A stretch of DNA of 64,000 bases from Phoronis australis (GCA_002633005.1 NMRA01000034.1:1301540-1365539), one strand, 5' to 3'; shown: positions 1-12,269, numbered from the stretch's first letter. A program made the numbers and translations. The notes: a model not told the origin generated them from the letters alone.

Positions 1-28
1 AAGTTGAAGCACAACTGAAATCCGCCAT
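1..28 (-). CDS. Possible start of a divergently transcribed gene running off the window edge
   Basis: Minus strand reads TAAAC-ATG-GCG-GAT-TTC-AGT-TGT-GCT-TCA-ACT (MADFSCAST). AAACATGGCG is a strong metazoan start context, but only 9 codons are visible. Confidence 0.3.
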
Positions 29-770
29 GTTTACTATTTCAGGTCCTTGAATTCAGAGTTTTGAGATTGTTTTGGAAATTCCATCGCCACTTCACCACTC
101 ACGAAGACAGTTAATGGGATCTAGGAAAGATAAGGCTTCGAATGTTTATGCAATATCAGGCTAAGGGAGGTGCACGCAGATTTTATTTGGATTTTGGACG
201 GTTGAAGTTGGGAGCCTCGGCTAAACAGATTTCGAGTGTCCAACCTTTATGTTTTCTTATATATATATATATTGTGACGTCATTTGCGATAAACCCAAGC
301 GCTTGTGGTAGGCCTCTCGTTTCTGGAGAACTGAGGAAGTGCTCATTTCGAGTCGACTATGGTTATTTACTCGGCCTACGTGTCTAAGTCGTGATAGGCA
401 CAAACAAAGGTGCGTTTTATTTCTGATATTTTAGATGTGCTCTCAATCACTACGTTGAACCTGCGGCTTCATCTAAATAGTTTTAGACCTAATCAACATC
501 AAAGTTCAAACGTCAAGTGACAAAATTTACTAATCGACCGCTGCAGTTATTATACTTACCTGTCCACGACCACACTGTCAGAAACTCGGGTGGAGTTCAG
601 TTACGCTAGCGTCTCTCTAGAAAAGCAGGATTTAGCGAGATATCACCATGATTTTCAATGAAAGCATAGGATTTTGGCAAAGTTTTTCGCAATGCGAGAC
701 AGTAATTGAACTCAACCTAGAAAATGGCCGGCTGTGGACGATGGGCTAGGCGGCAGGCCACAGCCTGTGG

Positions 771-1101
771 CACAGGCGTCCTCAGCTTCTGATCGTTCCC
801 AATACACTACATAACTCGAGCGGCCCACGGTGGACGTGTGTGGGTTTTTTTTGTGAACATTTTTGTTCTTTGACTGCGAATTTCGTACGAAGTCTCCGGA
901 ACAGGACATCGTGAATGGTATTGGGAGAAAGAACAATTCTTCATGGTTTGTTGAACCTCTATTTTGTGAAAATTTGTTGAGCTTTATATTTGCTATGGAC
1001 GGCTGAAGTGAAGCAACCGTGGAATTTCTAGTCGGGAGTGTCATACCTTGTAGTATTATATGTAGTGTATTGGGGACGATCAGAAGCTGAGGACGCCTGT
1101 G
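771..1101. mobile_element. MITE with ~44-bp terminal inverted repeats
   Basis: CACAGGCGTCCTCAGCTTCTGATCGTTCCCAATACACTACATA at 771 matches the reverse complement ending at 1101 with one mismatch. No coding capacity; TSD unclear. Confidence 0.8.
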
Positions 1102-1899
1102 GGCTAGGCCTACGAGTAAACTGATGTGCTACTTGTTTGACAAGTAGTTGAGTATAGGCTAGCCTCATAACTTAAGTGGGCTCATGTTGTAAATACTACA
1201 CTGCACAGGTTCACTCATCGAAAGTACTCGCAGTATCATTGATGGCCAGCCAGCTAGATGTATGAAGTCTTGAAGACTGTCATCAAAATACAGCTAGCTA
1301 GCTGTATATTTAGTTTACAGCTTTGCACCATGCTAAGGCAAAATGGCTGGTGACATTCCTAACCTAGGAAAAGTGACTCCAAACTGTACCCTATCCTCCT
1401 ATCTGATGTTTGTTTAATCATTTGCAAAGAGTTGTCAGACCGAAACTTATATGTTAAAGTAGTGACTTCCAGATCACCAAAATGGTGAACAGACAACGAA
1501 ATGCTGTGCCAAGTAATTGAAAATAACACCCAACCTAATGACACGTCCCTACTGTTCACAGGACAATGACTGCCCCTGTGTGTGGATTTCGAGTAGGCAC
1601 CTGTGGATCATTCAGCGTACTGAAGACAAAGTCAGAATCACCAAACCTTGCTCCCCTCTTCTCACCACCGTTAAATTACTTTCGCTGTGCTAAGTATGAT
1701 CAAATTAACCCATCCCCCTGGCCATTCACCAAAAGTTTCCTTTGACTGTTACAATGTGGAGCGTATGGGAAATAGCAAATCAGTACTTTCACGGCCGTAG
1801 GATTTCAGTCGTTGCCACGTGAGATACATGATCTATACAGATGCAGTTTAGATGCTGACGTGGCAAAAAATGTTTCACTTTCAGGGCCCACTCTGTTTC

Positions 1900-3150
1900 T
1901 TCAACGATAGTGTTGGTTTCAATCCACGCTGGGATTGGGATACCTCAACTCTGAAGTCATAATCTGTTCATCTCGACCCTAGTTTACCTTGATGTCTCGA
2001 GAACAGATTGTCAATGGACGTGCACAAGGAGTTTAAATATCCTTGTCCTTTTTTACCATCCAGGTCTTCTAGAATAGAAATAATATGAAGACTCTGATCA
2101 TGACTTAAACTGCAACTCTACGTCTCTCAAAAACGCCTCCCTATTCAACAAGTTTAAGCTTGCCTTTGAAATGCGTCAGTTGGGATGAACTTAAGTTAGC
2201 TTAATTGTATCTATAGATAGCTTTGTACTACATAGCACTGGTTCAAACAATGATTAAAGCAAATTGTCAATTATAACACCACAAAGGCATGATTGAAATC
2301 TAAACCTGATATTCTTTGGATTGATCCTGTTATCAAAAGTTTAAAGAAACTGATTGCACAAACAGTAGGCAATATCATCCTGATTGAACTCAAGTACTTT
2401 AAGAATCGGAGTAACTCAGAAATTGCTCGGGAGGAAAATGATATTAAATTGAATCTTTAGTGACTAAAAGCATATGTAAACCAAACAAGAAATGAAATTT
2501 TGGATTCCCATATAGATGTATAAGGTCAGGTGGCACCAGAGTTACTTCATTAACTGAAAGTCCACGGTAAACTTGTCACCGGGCCTAAAGAACAGACTGA
2601 GTTTCTTAACAAACACTCCTAGCTGCCTTTAGCCCAAAACTGACTCACTTCCGATGAGTTTATACTTGATAGGACCCACGTAGGGCTGTGAGTGAGAAAT
2701 TCCGACTATGCTGGAAGCCTGTGAATCGACGATATAAAGACTCCACTGTGTGTACAGGGGATCTATCTTTTGTACATGATTCAACTTATAATTTTGTTAA
2801 AGAGTTCATCAAAAAGAGGTTCAGTTGCTTTGGGAACATGCAGTTGAACACTGGGCTGAAAGTTATGTAGATAAGTTCTTACATGTCATAGAAAATTGTG
2901 TATTAGTACATGCACCAGCTGTAGTCTGTAAGTCAAGATTGGGCCTTGAAGGTATTTCATGGCCACATTTAATGAATAATGATGCAGCAAAGTTTGACAT
3001 AATTTGGATGTATATGAGCTTGTAATAATCAAATGCTGAGTTACCGTTCTAGCAAATTAACCTGAATGGATAAAAAAGTACACTGGAACTGTGAAGCTGC
3101 CAATAGAATTGTTGCATTATGGAACACAACCATTCATCACGTTAAGTTCT
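1900..3150 (+). mobile_element. Highly decayed L2/CR1-like LINE remnant
   Basis: Scattered frameshifted motifs: APE-like 'WDWDT', 'EQIV..', 'SDH' (~1920-2100); 'GKLVTGPKEQTEFLNKH' (~2565-2620); C-terminal 'NRIVALWN' (~3100-3125). Confidence 0.45.
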
Positions 3151-3574
3151 GAGAACCTTGCATGACAACTCTCTCATATTTCAATGTTAAAGGATTTTCA
3201 TTGCTTTCTGAGTGTTGAGCATGGTATGTTGTTTTCTTACAAGAACTGGCATTTGGTGAAGAGCAATAAGTCAGAGCTAGAAAGGGCTGGCACATCTCTG
3301 TTGTCTATTATGAGATCTATTCTCAAAGCAAATGTCAGAAATATCTGTCTAAAGCCACCTATGACATGGCTTGGTAAATAGAACCATTGAAAATTTGTTG
3401 CCAAAAGAGAGCAGCTTATTATTTTAAAATTGTTGCCACCACTGACATTTTTGATGTCTCTTCCAGGTTGCATGCTGAAGTGGGATGACTTAAGAACTGA
3501 TACATTGATGACAGAATAGTAAAAACAAAGCAACTAAAGAAAAGTGACATCTCATTGTCAGTTGTCATCGCAGA

Positions 3575-4099
3575 ATGAGGCGTCAGCTGTCACGAGTCAT
3601 CAGAGCTATTCTTGTAGCTCTTCTTTTTGTATTCATTACTGCAAATGTTTCATTTGTTTACACACGCATTCGCTATGTGGAAAGTGATCATCATTATAGA
3701 CAGTCTGAAATAGAGCATACGCAGCAGTTGGTCACAAAGTTACGACTTGAGCAAGGGTCTCGCTTGCAGTCTTCACTGAATCTCAGCAATGCCACTCGTG
3801 GATCAGTTGAGCACAATTCTGTATCGGCTGTAGATACTAGTAACTTAACTCTTCTCAAGTCTTTTGTGTTGGACTCCAACACGGAGCAGACAGTCTTAAA
3901 TGCAGACAAGTTTATGCCGGTCTTGGATGAGAATGGAGTGGTGGTGATAATACAAGTTCACAAAAGGGTGCAGTATCTCAAGTTGTTGATCGAATCGTTG
4001 CGATCGGCGAAAGATATATCTCAGGTTTTGGTCATCTTTAGTCATGATTTAATCTCCAATGAAATCAATCAGCTTATACAAGCAATTGATTTTTGCCCC
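3575..4099 (+). CDS. MGAT2: MGAT2 (alpha-1,6-mannosyl-glycoprotein 2-beta-N-acetylglucosaminyltransferase, GT16) coding exon 1
   Basis: Type II membrane N-terminus (MRRQLSRVIRAILVALLFVFITANVSFVY), stem, then VIIQVHKRVQYLKLLIESL...VIFSHD...IDFCP. Donor CCC|GTAAGT at 4100, phase 0. Confidence 0.93.
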
Positions 4100-4753
4100 G
4101 TAAGTATTTATCAAAATAATTAATTTTTGGGAGGGTCACCATTAAATATACTAGTAAGAGTACAGTCTCACCATGTGTTGGACAATTTTGCATTTGTTAA
4201 TGTGGGCCAATCAGGACTTATTTTATCTGGAATAATACCCGTTTCATTGAGATTGTAACGTGAGGACAAGGCATGTAGCAGCCAGTAAAAACTACGAAAA
4301 CAACATTGTTTGTACACAGATCCCAGTTTTGGATTTGTGCGTTTGATTTTCAGCATAGTGGTTTAGACCAGTCACTAATCACAGGTTAAGGTACATGGGT
4401 AGCAGACAAAATCACATGTTAAAATGTCCCCACGACAAATAAAATTGAGAAAGGACAGAAAATCCACCATGACCCACAGGTACTCTAAGCTGGCCCATGG
4501 ATGCCACATTTTTCCAGTCCCATTTGACACGTTATCCATACCACACCTTGCATATAGTGTTCTAATACTCCTCACTATTGGAAATTTGGAGATTCAATTG
4601 TCACGCTGGTAGAATATGTGGGTTTAGTTTAAATGGATAGCAGAATAATGCTTGGTAGTTGTGTGGAAATATTTTTGATAATGTGCACTCTTTTATGATT
4701 TGCAATGTCCACGGTAGACAAATTTCAAATGCTTTGCGTTGCTTTTGTTTAAT

Positions 4754-5571
4754 TATAGACCTTATTCACGCAGTTGCCATTTTAAAAATGAGCCTCTTTT
4801 AAGGTTTAAAAAACAATGCATTTGAGGCATAAATATTAACGAGGCATGTGGAAAAATCACAGTTTGCACTGTGATTAAGTGTGGAATGCATTACCGGGGT
4901 TTTCCGTAGATAAGCCCCTGGGCGTGTATACGAAAATGAAAATTTCAAGACACTTTAGGAACATCAATAAACGCCCAGGCGTTTATTCGGAAAAGGGGGC
5001 GTGTAAACGGAAAGTCATAATTTTTGCGACGTAAATACCAGAATGAAGCGCTATATGTATTTTTGTATGTGAAACTTCTATAGCAGCTTATAAATCGCAA
5101 TATCTGCCCAGCGGGACAACAAAAAAATGTGTGCATCACTTCTAGATCTCCTTGTTACAAAGATGATAGCACCCAAAGTCGTTCAACAGAAAATCTGAAA
5201 TCTGTGAACTTCGGCCGGCTTGAAAACTCGGCCACATCGTATTGTGAAAAAAAACAAATTCGAGCCAGTTCAGTTTGTATAGTTCAGCAACACTTTTCTT
5301 GTTTTTATAAGTAATAAATCCTCTACAAAACTGAATTTGTTGACTCTAAGTGGACGTTTAAGAAGAAATTTCCGAATTAAAGCACCACTATCTAGACACT
5401 TGACACGAGAAGTTCCAACACCAAATAAACGCCCAGGTGGGCATAATTTTCCAAATTAACGCACATGGGCGTTTCGTCGGGTGGGCTTATCTACGGAAAA
5501 CCCCGGTAGGTTTTAAAAAACCTAAAAAGAGGTTCACTTTTAAAATGGCAACTGCGTGAATAAGGTGTATA
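4754..5571. mobile_element. Outer MITE with ~55-bp imperfect TIRs
   Basis: TATAGACCTTATTCACGCAGTTGCCATTTTAAAAATGAGCCTCTTTT at 4754 vs AAAAAGAGGTTCACTTTTAAAATGGCAACTGCGTGAATAAGGTGTATA ending 5571. Confidence 0.8.
4894..5506. mobile_element. Nested Tc1/mariner-type MITE (TA target duplication)
   Basis: Perfect 24-bp TIR CCGGGGTTTTCCGTAGATAAGCCC / GGGCTTATCTACGGAAAACCCCGG, flanked by TA at 4892-4893 and 5507-5508. Confidence 0.85.
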
Positions 5572-5599
5572 GGTTTCATCATGTCTTTATATTTGTCAG

Positions 5600-5697
5600 G
5601 TGATGCAGATATTTTATCCCTATTCAATGCAATTGTATCCCAAAGAATTCCCTGGAGAAGACCCACAAGATTGTCCACGAAATATGAATAAAGATGA
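5600..5697 (+). CDS. MGAT2: MGAT2 coding exon 2
   Basis: TTTGTCAG| acceptor; VMQIFYPYSMQLYPKEFPGEDPQDCPRNMNKD(E); donor GA|GTAAGT; phase 0 to 2. Confidence 0.93.
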
Positions 5698-6455
5698 GTA
5701 AGTAGAGTAGTTTGAATTTTTTTTGCAAATTGTGTGTGTGAATGTGCGTGCTTGCGTGTGTAGACTCTGTGCACTGTAAATCCCCCTTTCTGTGTATGAT
5801 CTCGCTACACGTTCAGCCAATGACTCAAAGCATTTCTGCACTCTGAATCAATGTGTTGGCAATGTGCTATATCAACTGGGGCGTCTTCACTTACTTTATC
5901 ACTAACATGGTTTGTACTGTGTACATGTCGTAAAACAACTTTTAGTAAATTTGCCATTTTTTGCAATGAAGTAATCAGCCTTTAAAAAAAGGAAAATTGT
6001 CAATTTTGGGATTTTTTTTGCAAAATTAGTGGAGAATTACAGTGCTGGTAGGAAGTGATCCTAATTTCTGAGCCTTACACCCAGAGTCTTTCTTGGAGAG
6101 TGATAAATATACATTTTTTCAAGACACTTGAAATGCTCAACTATGAAAAACAAGGCCTGCAAAATTCACCCTTATGAAACATGCTTTGTCTATCACCATA
6201 AGTTTCTCTGTTGTCTTCACCAAAGTCCACATATGGCGTAAATGGCATCATGCTTCAAAAGTAAAGCTGAGGGGAACAATGGTCTATAAGTTCCTGTAAC
6301 TGGATGAATATTTCATGACTCAATATTCGATGAAGGTACAGCTTCTAGATACATCTTAAGACAGGGTGATGTTTTTAGACTATGTTTCTCATAATGTAAC
6401 ATGACAACTTCCGGTTGTTTTAATTAGTTAACCATTTACTTGTTATTCCCAACAG

Positions 6456-6555
6456 GGCTGTGAAGAAGAAGTGTAACAATGCTAATCATCCTGACATGTA
6501 TGGCCATTACAGAGAGGCCAAATTTGTGCAGACAAAACACCACTGGTTTTGGAAG
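6456..6555 (+). CDS. MGAT2: MGAT2 coding exon 3
   Basis: CCCAACAG| acceptor; AVKKKCNNANHPDMYGHYREAKFVQTKHHWFWK (conserved GHYREAKF.QTKHHW.WK); donor AAG|GTGCTC; phase 2 to 0. Confidence 0.93.
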
Positions 6556-6944
6556 GTGCTCCTTTTACAATTATTTAACATAAACTACAGTGATGCTGGA
6601 ATGTTTTCTTTCAGTGCAAAATGGATGCGTGAACTTATTAGCATCTGTCAAGGGGGAATTGACAACAGTTGTGCAGTTGATGTTCTTGGCAATGACTACC
6701 TAAAAGTTGGGGAGTGCATAAGATAATTTCAACAATTGGGGTGCTTTTTCATAATTTCCTAGTACAGTGAAATATAGCATGCAACTGGTTGGTCAAAAAT
6801 TTTCAGTTGTTTTGCTACTTGTGTAAGTATTGCAGGTCATTTCCATCAAATCATACCGGTTTGGAATATCAGTAAATGACATTTATCAGAGACTTCTCTA
6901 TTATTGTTGGGAATTCCCACAATTTCTGATAAAGTGCTTAAAAC

Positions 6945-7330
6945 CACCATGTACCAGGACCAAGGAACATCTAAATTCTGACAGTAATTCACATCTAAAT
7001 ATTCACCTGCAGAGCTCCAATCATTGCTATCAGCAGTGCTCTTTCAATGACTTTGCAATAATAGACCAGTCAGTAACAACAAAGGAGCTTAAAATTCGTG
7101 AGGCTTTACATATCAGTTGGTGCAAGCCCAATCTCAATAGGCAACTGACACACCACAGGTTGTCATTGTTGGTATAGTTCATTGTCACTCCCTGTAACTG
7201 ACTGTATCTGTGCTTCATTACTTGTTGCTGGGCCTAGCTAGGTGGCCACTGTATTATGACTTCTGAGGATGGTGTTTAATAAATGACACCGAAACATGTC
7301 AAGTTTTAAATCCGTTGTTGTTTTCGTGAA
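6945..7330 (+). mobile_element. 5'-truncated Penelope-like element (GIY-YIG C-terminus plus 3' region)
   Basis: RTKEHLNSDSNSHLNIHL...FAIIDQSVTTKELKIREALHISWCKPNLNRQ has the R..EH / F.I.D / L.I.EAL.I....P.LN pattern of PLE GIY-YIG endonucleases; stop at 7177; followed by a hammerhead motif. Confidence 0.8.
7258..7305 (+). ncRNA. Minimal type I hammerhead ribozyme (PLE-associated)
   Basis: GACTT-CTGAGGA-T-GGTGT-ttaataaatg-ACACC-GAAA-CAT-GTC-AAGTT: core CUGANGA and GAAA, 5-bp stem II, palindromic ACATGT stem III, GUC triplet at 7298-7300, stem I GACUU/AAGUU. Confidence 0.75.
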
Positions 7331-8354
7331 CATATGCTGTTACTTGCTATCATGGAGACCATGTACCGTGTTTTGACAAGTGACTACATTGCCAGCATCC
7401 TTGAACCTTCCTTTTTGGCATTCCATATCACAACTGTGAATTCACTATCCCAAAAAACATAGAAAATAGATTCTGAAGAGAAGTGACTTAATTTTGTTTG
7501 AAAGTTTCTGAGCTCCACAAAACATGAGTGTGACATATGAATGTACCCATTGGAAGTGTGTCATGTCTGGCATCACGCGAGTTTCTTGTACAACCTTGTG
7601 CCATATCCATGTTTCTTTGATGTCCTGCAGGAAAGTGAAGAGCCACAGCGTGGCCAAATATAAAGTTGCCAGAGCCACGACAAACATAATGCCTCGCCAT
7701 TCCTTATTATACATCAAACCATGGGAAAACGAGCAGAAGTGTATGACAACTTTTCACACTAAACACAATGCAGGATGATTATAGCTGTGATTGGTTGTCC
7801 TGATTTTACGTAGTATTTATTGACCGATAAATTTTCGTAGCCCAAGATCAGCTAATTAAGATATCATGAGATAGTGTTTGCAATGTTCTAATTTGACAGC
7901 TGATCCATTGGTGGGGTTGTTCCTTGGTGTTTTTGATATGGAAAATGTGACCTTTGAGCTTAAGTGACTTCAAGCAGCTAACTGTGAGTGCATGCACACA
8001 TTTATCATAAGTGGGAGGGATCAGAAACTCTGTGGTAACCACAGAGTTTTCCTCAGGGCGTATTTCAAAAATCGTAAATTCCGCGATTTTTTCTGGAAAT
8101 TTCCTCACAGGGAAAAGTGAATTACTTTGTACTAGACGTTGTGAGATGGTACTTTCATCAGAAATTGTTTAAAAAATATTTTTGACAAGTTTTCGCATTC
8201 CATGCCTCTTTAAGCACTCTAATACTGTCTGGTCGTGACTGTGATAAAATCTTGCAAATGGGAAATTTGGTGCTTGACATTGTTAGTAGGTTACTGGTCA
8301 TGCTATTGTGTTTCAATGTGATATTATGGTTTGGTGATGCTATTGTGTCCTCAG

Positions 8355-8485
8355 ATTCACAGAGTCTTTGATGAACTACCCATCACTAGAAACTTCACTG
8401 GTCCTGTTATTCTGTTGGAAGAAGACCACTATGTAGCTCCTGATTTTGTTCACATCATTAGGCACATGTACTCTGGCAGGATCAG
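8355..8485 (+). CDS. MGAT2: MGAT2 coding exon 4 (EED metal-binding motif)
   Basis: GTCCTCAG| acceptor; IHRVFDELPITRNFTGPVILLEEDHYVAPDFVHIIRHMYSGRI; donor AG|GTACGT; phase 0 to 2. Confidence 0.93.
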
Positions 8486-8507
8486 GTACGTAACTTCTTG
8501 TATATGT

Positions 8508-10660
8508 TAGCTCATTTGTCCAGGTTATTGAATTGGTGATTTGACTGCCGGTGTGCCTCTAGTGGCAATTATAGCTTTTTACATTTACGAGTCTATCTTC
8601 AAAGTTTCATGACAGATTTTCATGAAATTGGCAGCTCTATCTCCTAAACCTTTTGCAAGAACTTTGTGAAATTTGGCAGATGTATTCCTATGGAGATGAC
8701 AACAGATGATGACGAGTTTCCGATCCAGCCGACAATTTGTGTGCCCCCTAGTGGCAATTTTAGTTTTTTGTGTTTGCCTTGAGTTCATGGTTGGATTTTC
8801 ATGAAATTTGACAAATAGGTGTCTGTTAATAAAATGATGTTACCTTTCCGCTTTTGATGGATTTCATGGATGAACTTTCATCATGACAAATTTTGTTAAG
8901 GAGATGATGACACATTTTCATTAATTCAAACTCTGTTTTTGCGCCAGCCTTTCTATCTGCCAAACAGTTCGAAGGATCACTGTGAAAATTGGCAGGTGTG
9001 TTCCTGATGAGGATACCACAGGTGATATTGATTTTTGGTAAGGTTTGGCTACTCTGGTGCCCCCTAGTGGGCATGTTGTTTTTTTTTTCTTTTGCAGCTG
9101 TATGTCCTTAACCCTTTGGAAGAACTTTGTGAAATTTTGCAGATGTGTTTGTATGGAGATGACAACAGAATGATGACGAGTTTCAGATTTAGTAGACGGT
9201 TGGTGTGCCCTCTAGTGGCGATTTTATTTTTAACGTTTTCCTGTATATCTTTGTAGTGTATTTTGCTAAAACTTGACAAACAGGTTTCTATTTAGAGAGT
9301 CAACAATGCTGCCCCATTTTCAGACAGATTTGATGTATTGGGCGCCATCTAGTGGTGGTTTTTAAAGTTTCATATTTGTTGTTGCCATTCTCCTCAGCTG
9401 TATCCGCCAAACCACTCCAAGGATCATTGTGAAAATTGGCAGATGTGTATCTGATGAGAAGACTGCGGCTGATGTTGATATTTGGATGGGTTTGACTATT
9501 TTGGTGTCCCCTATTGACAGTTTATTTTTTCTGTCTGTGGCTGTGTCTCCTTTGCAGGATCTCTGCGTACTGTGGCAGATGTATTCCTATGGACCTGAAA
9601 ATGGAGTTTCAGACCCATCAGACTACCGCTGTGCTCCCTAGTTGCAATACAAATGTTTATGTTTGCCTATGTGTCTTTGGAGTTCAGCGATGTATTTTTG
9701 TGAAATTAGTATGTAGCTTTCTGTTAAGGAGATGATGATAGTCTCTTATTTTGGTATGGATTTCGAATCCGTTTTTGGCATCCGTCACTTTATCTGCAGA
9801 ACTGCTTAAAGCATCATTTAAAAAATTGACAGATGTGTTCCTGATGAAAAGACCCTGGCTGGTGTTCATTTTTTGGACAGGTGTGATAACTGTGGTGCCT
9901 CCTGGCGGTGATTTTTTGCGTCCTTGGTTGTATATCCTTACTGCTGTGAGGGATCTTTTAAAGTTATGCAAATGTTGTATTATAAATGTGACTACGGCTG
10001 CTTACGACTTGGTCGAATCTGATTACCAATGTACCCCCTATTGGCATGTTTAGTTTTTACGTTTACTTTGCCTCTTCTGATTTCGTTAATGGCTTTCAAT
10101 GAAAATGGGCAAACACGTTTCTGTAATGATGGCGATAACGTCTTTCCATTTTGGGATGGATTTATCATATTCTGCGCTACCTAATGGCTGTTTGCACTAG
10201 TTTTGAGTCGTCTGCCGCAATAAGCATTTGCCAAATTGCTCAGAGGATCATTATGAAATTTGGCAAATGTATGACAGATGGATTTTCAGATGGGTCCAAC
10301 TACTCTGGCGCCCCCTAGTGACATTGTTTGTATCTGCAGCTGTACCACCTAAATCTCCTTGCAAGATCTTTTGGAAGTATGCCAAGTGTATTCTTATTAA
10401 CTTAACAAAAGATGGACAGGTTGGACTATCACTAATCATCATGGCATTTTTCTGTGTTCGCATCTGCAATCCATGCCTGATTTTGATGATATTTAATAAA
10501 CAGATTTCTGTTTGGGAGACAATGACACCTTCCTATTTTTGGTCGCATTTGACGTATGCTGCGCCATTTAGTGGTCATTTTCTGATACTAATAAACACTA
10601 CTAGAAGCACACCATTTGTGTTCCGTGGGCGCATTTGAACACTCTATGTTTCTCTTGTCA
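8508..10660 (+). repeat. Degenerate ~130-160 bp tandem array inside an interspersed (Helentron/HINE-like) element
   Basis: Recurrent blocks TGAAATTTGGCAGATGTG.TTCCT, TTTCAGA.GGATTTG and G(C/T)GCCCCCTAGTGGC. End motif AGCACACCATTTG...GGG(C/T)GCATTT is shared with ~14855 and ~15730. The HINE assignment is inference. Confidence 0.75.
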
Positions 10661-10789
10661 TTTGGCGCAAGTAAATTGGTTGGTTAAATTCTGTCACTTC
10701 ATTGTTTATAATCTCAATGTCTACAAGGCATCAGTTGCTCCTTGTCCTCGATCATTCTACTTCATGTTGTGCCACATGCTGCTTTTTAG

Positions 10790-10862
10790 ATTGTGCCCTG
10801 AGTGTAACATTTTCACGCTGGGAACCTACGATAAGTCTCCATCCTTCGAAAACAGTGACAAG
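10790..10862 (+). CDS. MGAT2: MGAT2 coding exon 5
   Basis: CTTTTTAG| acceptor; (R)LCPECNIFTLGTYDKSPSFENSDK; donor AAG|GTAAGA; phase 2 to 0. Confidence 0.92.
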
Positions 10863-10919
10863 GTAAGAGATCAGTGGAGCAGATGTTTTTGCTTGTCATT
10901 TGCTCATGGTATCATAAAT

Positions 10920-11250
10920 TGTTATGAGCCGACATGTACATTATGTGGGTGCATAGTGCTATCACCTCATTCAAGGGGAGATCAGCTGCTGGATCTTCAT
11001 AAATTTGGCAAGTGTGTTTGCTGCTATGAAGCTGACAAGGAGTGTTGACGCCTCTTGTTACTTGCAATACCGGATTTTCATGAAATTTGGGAGATGTGTT
11101 CCTATCAAAGAGACATTGCTACTAAGTGCCCATAAATTTTGGTGCTGATCTGAATACTGTTGAGTCCCCATGTGGAAATTTTTATAGTATTTTGATGTCT
11201 GTTTTGGACTTCCTCGTAAATCATGCCCAAATTGACCACACACCTTATCC
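10920..11250 (+). repeat. Fragment of the same AAATTTGG-containing interspersed family
   Basis: GGATCTTCATAAATTTGGCAAGTGTGTT and GGATTTTCATGAAATTTGGGAGATGTGTTCCT blocks. Confidence 0.55.
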
Positions 11251-12269
11251 ACTGGGAAAAAATTTCACCACCATGCAAAAATCACTAGTAATAATGGATA
11301 CGCACAAGTCACACAGCTACTTTCTCCTTTGTGGATTGAATGGGAAAGTGTTAGCTGCATAAAATCAGATTTTAAATTGACAACCCCGCCCCCCATTTTA
11401 TCTCATTTCGTACCTTACGTTCACTTGATGTCCGACATTTGCCTCTACCTGGTTGTCTGACAATGCACAGCAATTGAATACAGTTGGATACCCAGCAACA
11501 ACCTTGAAACTAGTTTTCTAAAATGGCGAAATGCCAGGGCACGCTTATGAAGTGGGTGGCGAAATGGTAAACTTTATTCATTTCATTGTGTGTGCGTTTA
11601 CAGCAATGTGAATCATATTGCACCGGCGAGATATTCAACGGTTTAATGGACCAGAGCCCAGTGTCAAAATGACTTTTGAATGGAAACCAGTCTCAAATTC
11701 GTCTGCATGGACTGGATTATACATCATTTGCTATGCTGGATAATGCCGATTCAACAGATTTATGATGAGCAAGACGATATTATTGGAAGTTTCAGTATAC
11801 AAATTAGTGTTTATCACACTTAAAAAAGTTCAATTTCTTTCGTTCTATGTATATCACATCGTGGATAATGCTCGGCTTGAGGACCTGTCTATGATGAATA
11901 AACTTGTAGAATGCATCAGACTGCAACAAATTACATGTAGTTTTTCAAATTTTGCCTGGGGAAGGCCGCCCTACAATTCCCCGCCCCATGGAAAGATCTC
12001 ACTTTTGATACTCGCATGTGGTGCTGGGTTCCGAATCCGATGCAACCATTCACCACCACGCTTCTTGCGAAACCCAGGGGAAACATTGTCCAGTATCTAT
12101 CAAGTTCATCGAAGGATTTACTATTTAAAAGAATTTGTTCCTGTTGATAACAAGGCCGACATTTATTTATTTTCAGAGTGATCTGAATTCTACTGTGTCT
12201 TATCTTATACTTTTGTACCTATCTCAGATTTTACCAAGTTTGTTGAGGGGTTATCTAGAAATTATTAGA

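Noticed and set aside
552-660. ATACTTACCTG resembling the U1 snRNA 5' end
   Set aside because: The downstream sequence lacks the U1 stem-loops and Sm site; more likely chance or a minus-strand splice donor.
9003-9860. CTGATGA motifs in the intronic repeat as hammerhead cores
   Set aside because: No stem II plus GAAA or cleavage triplet in register.
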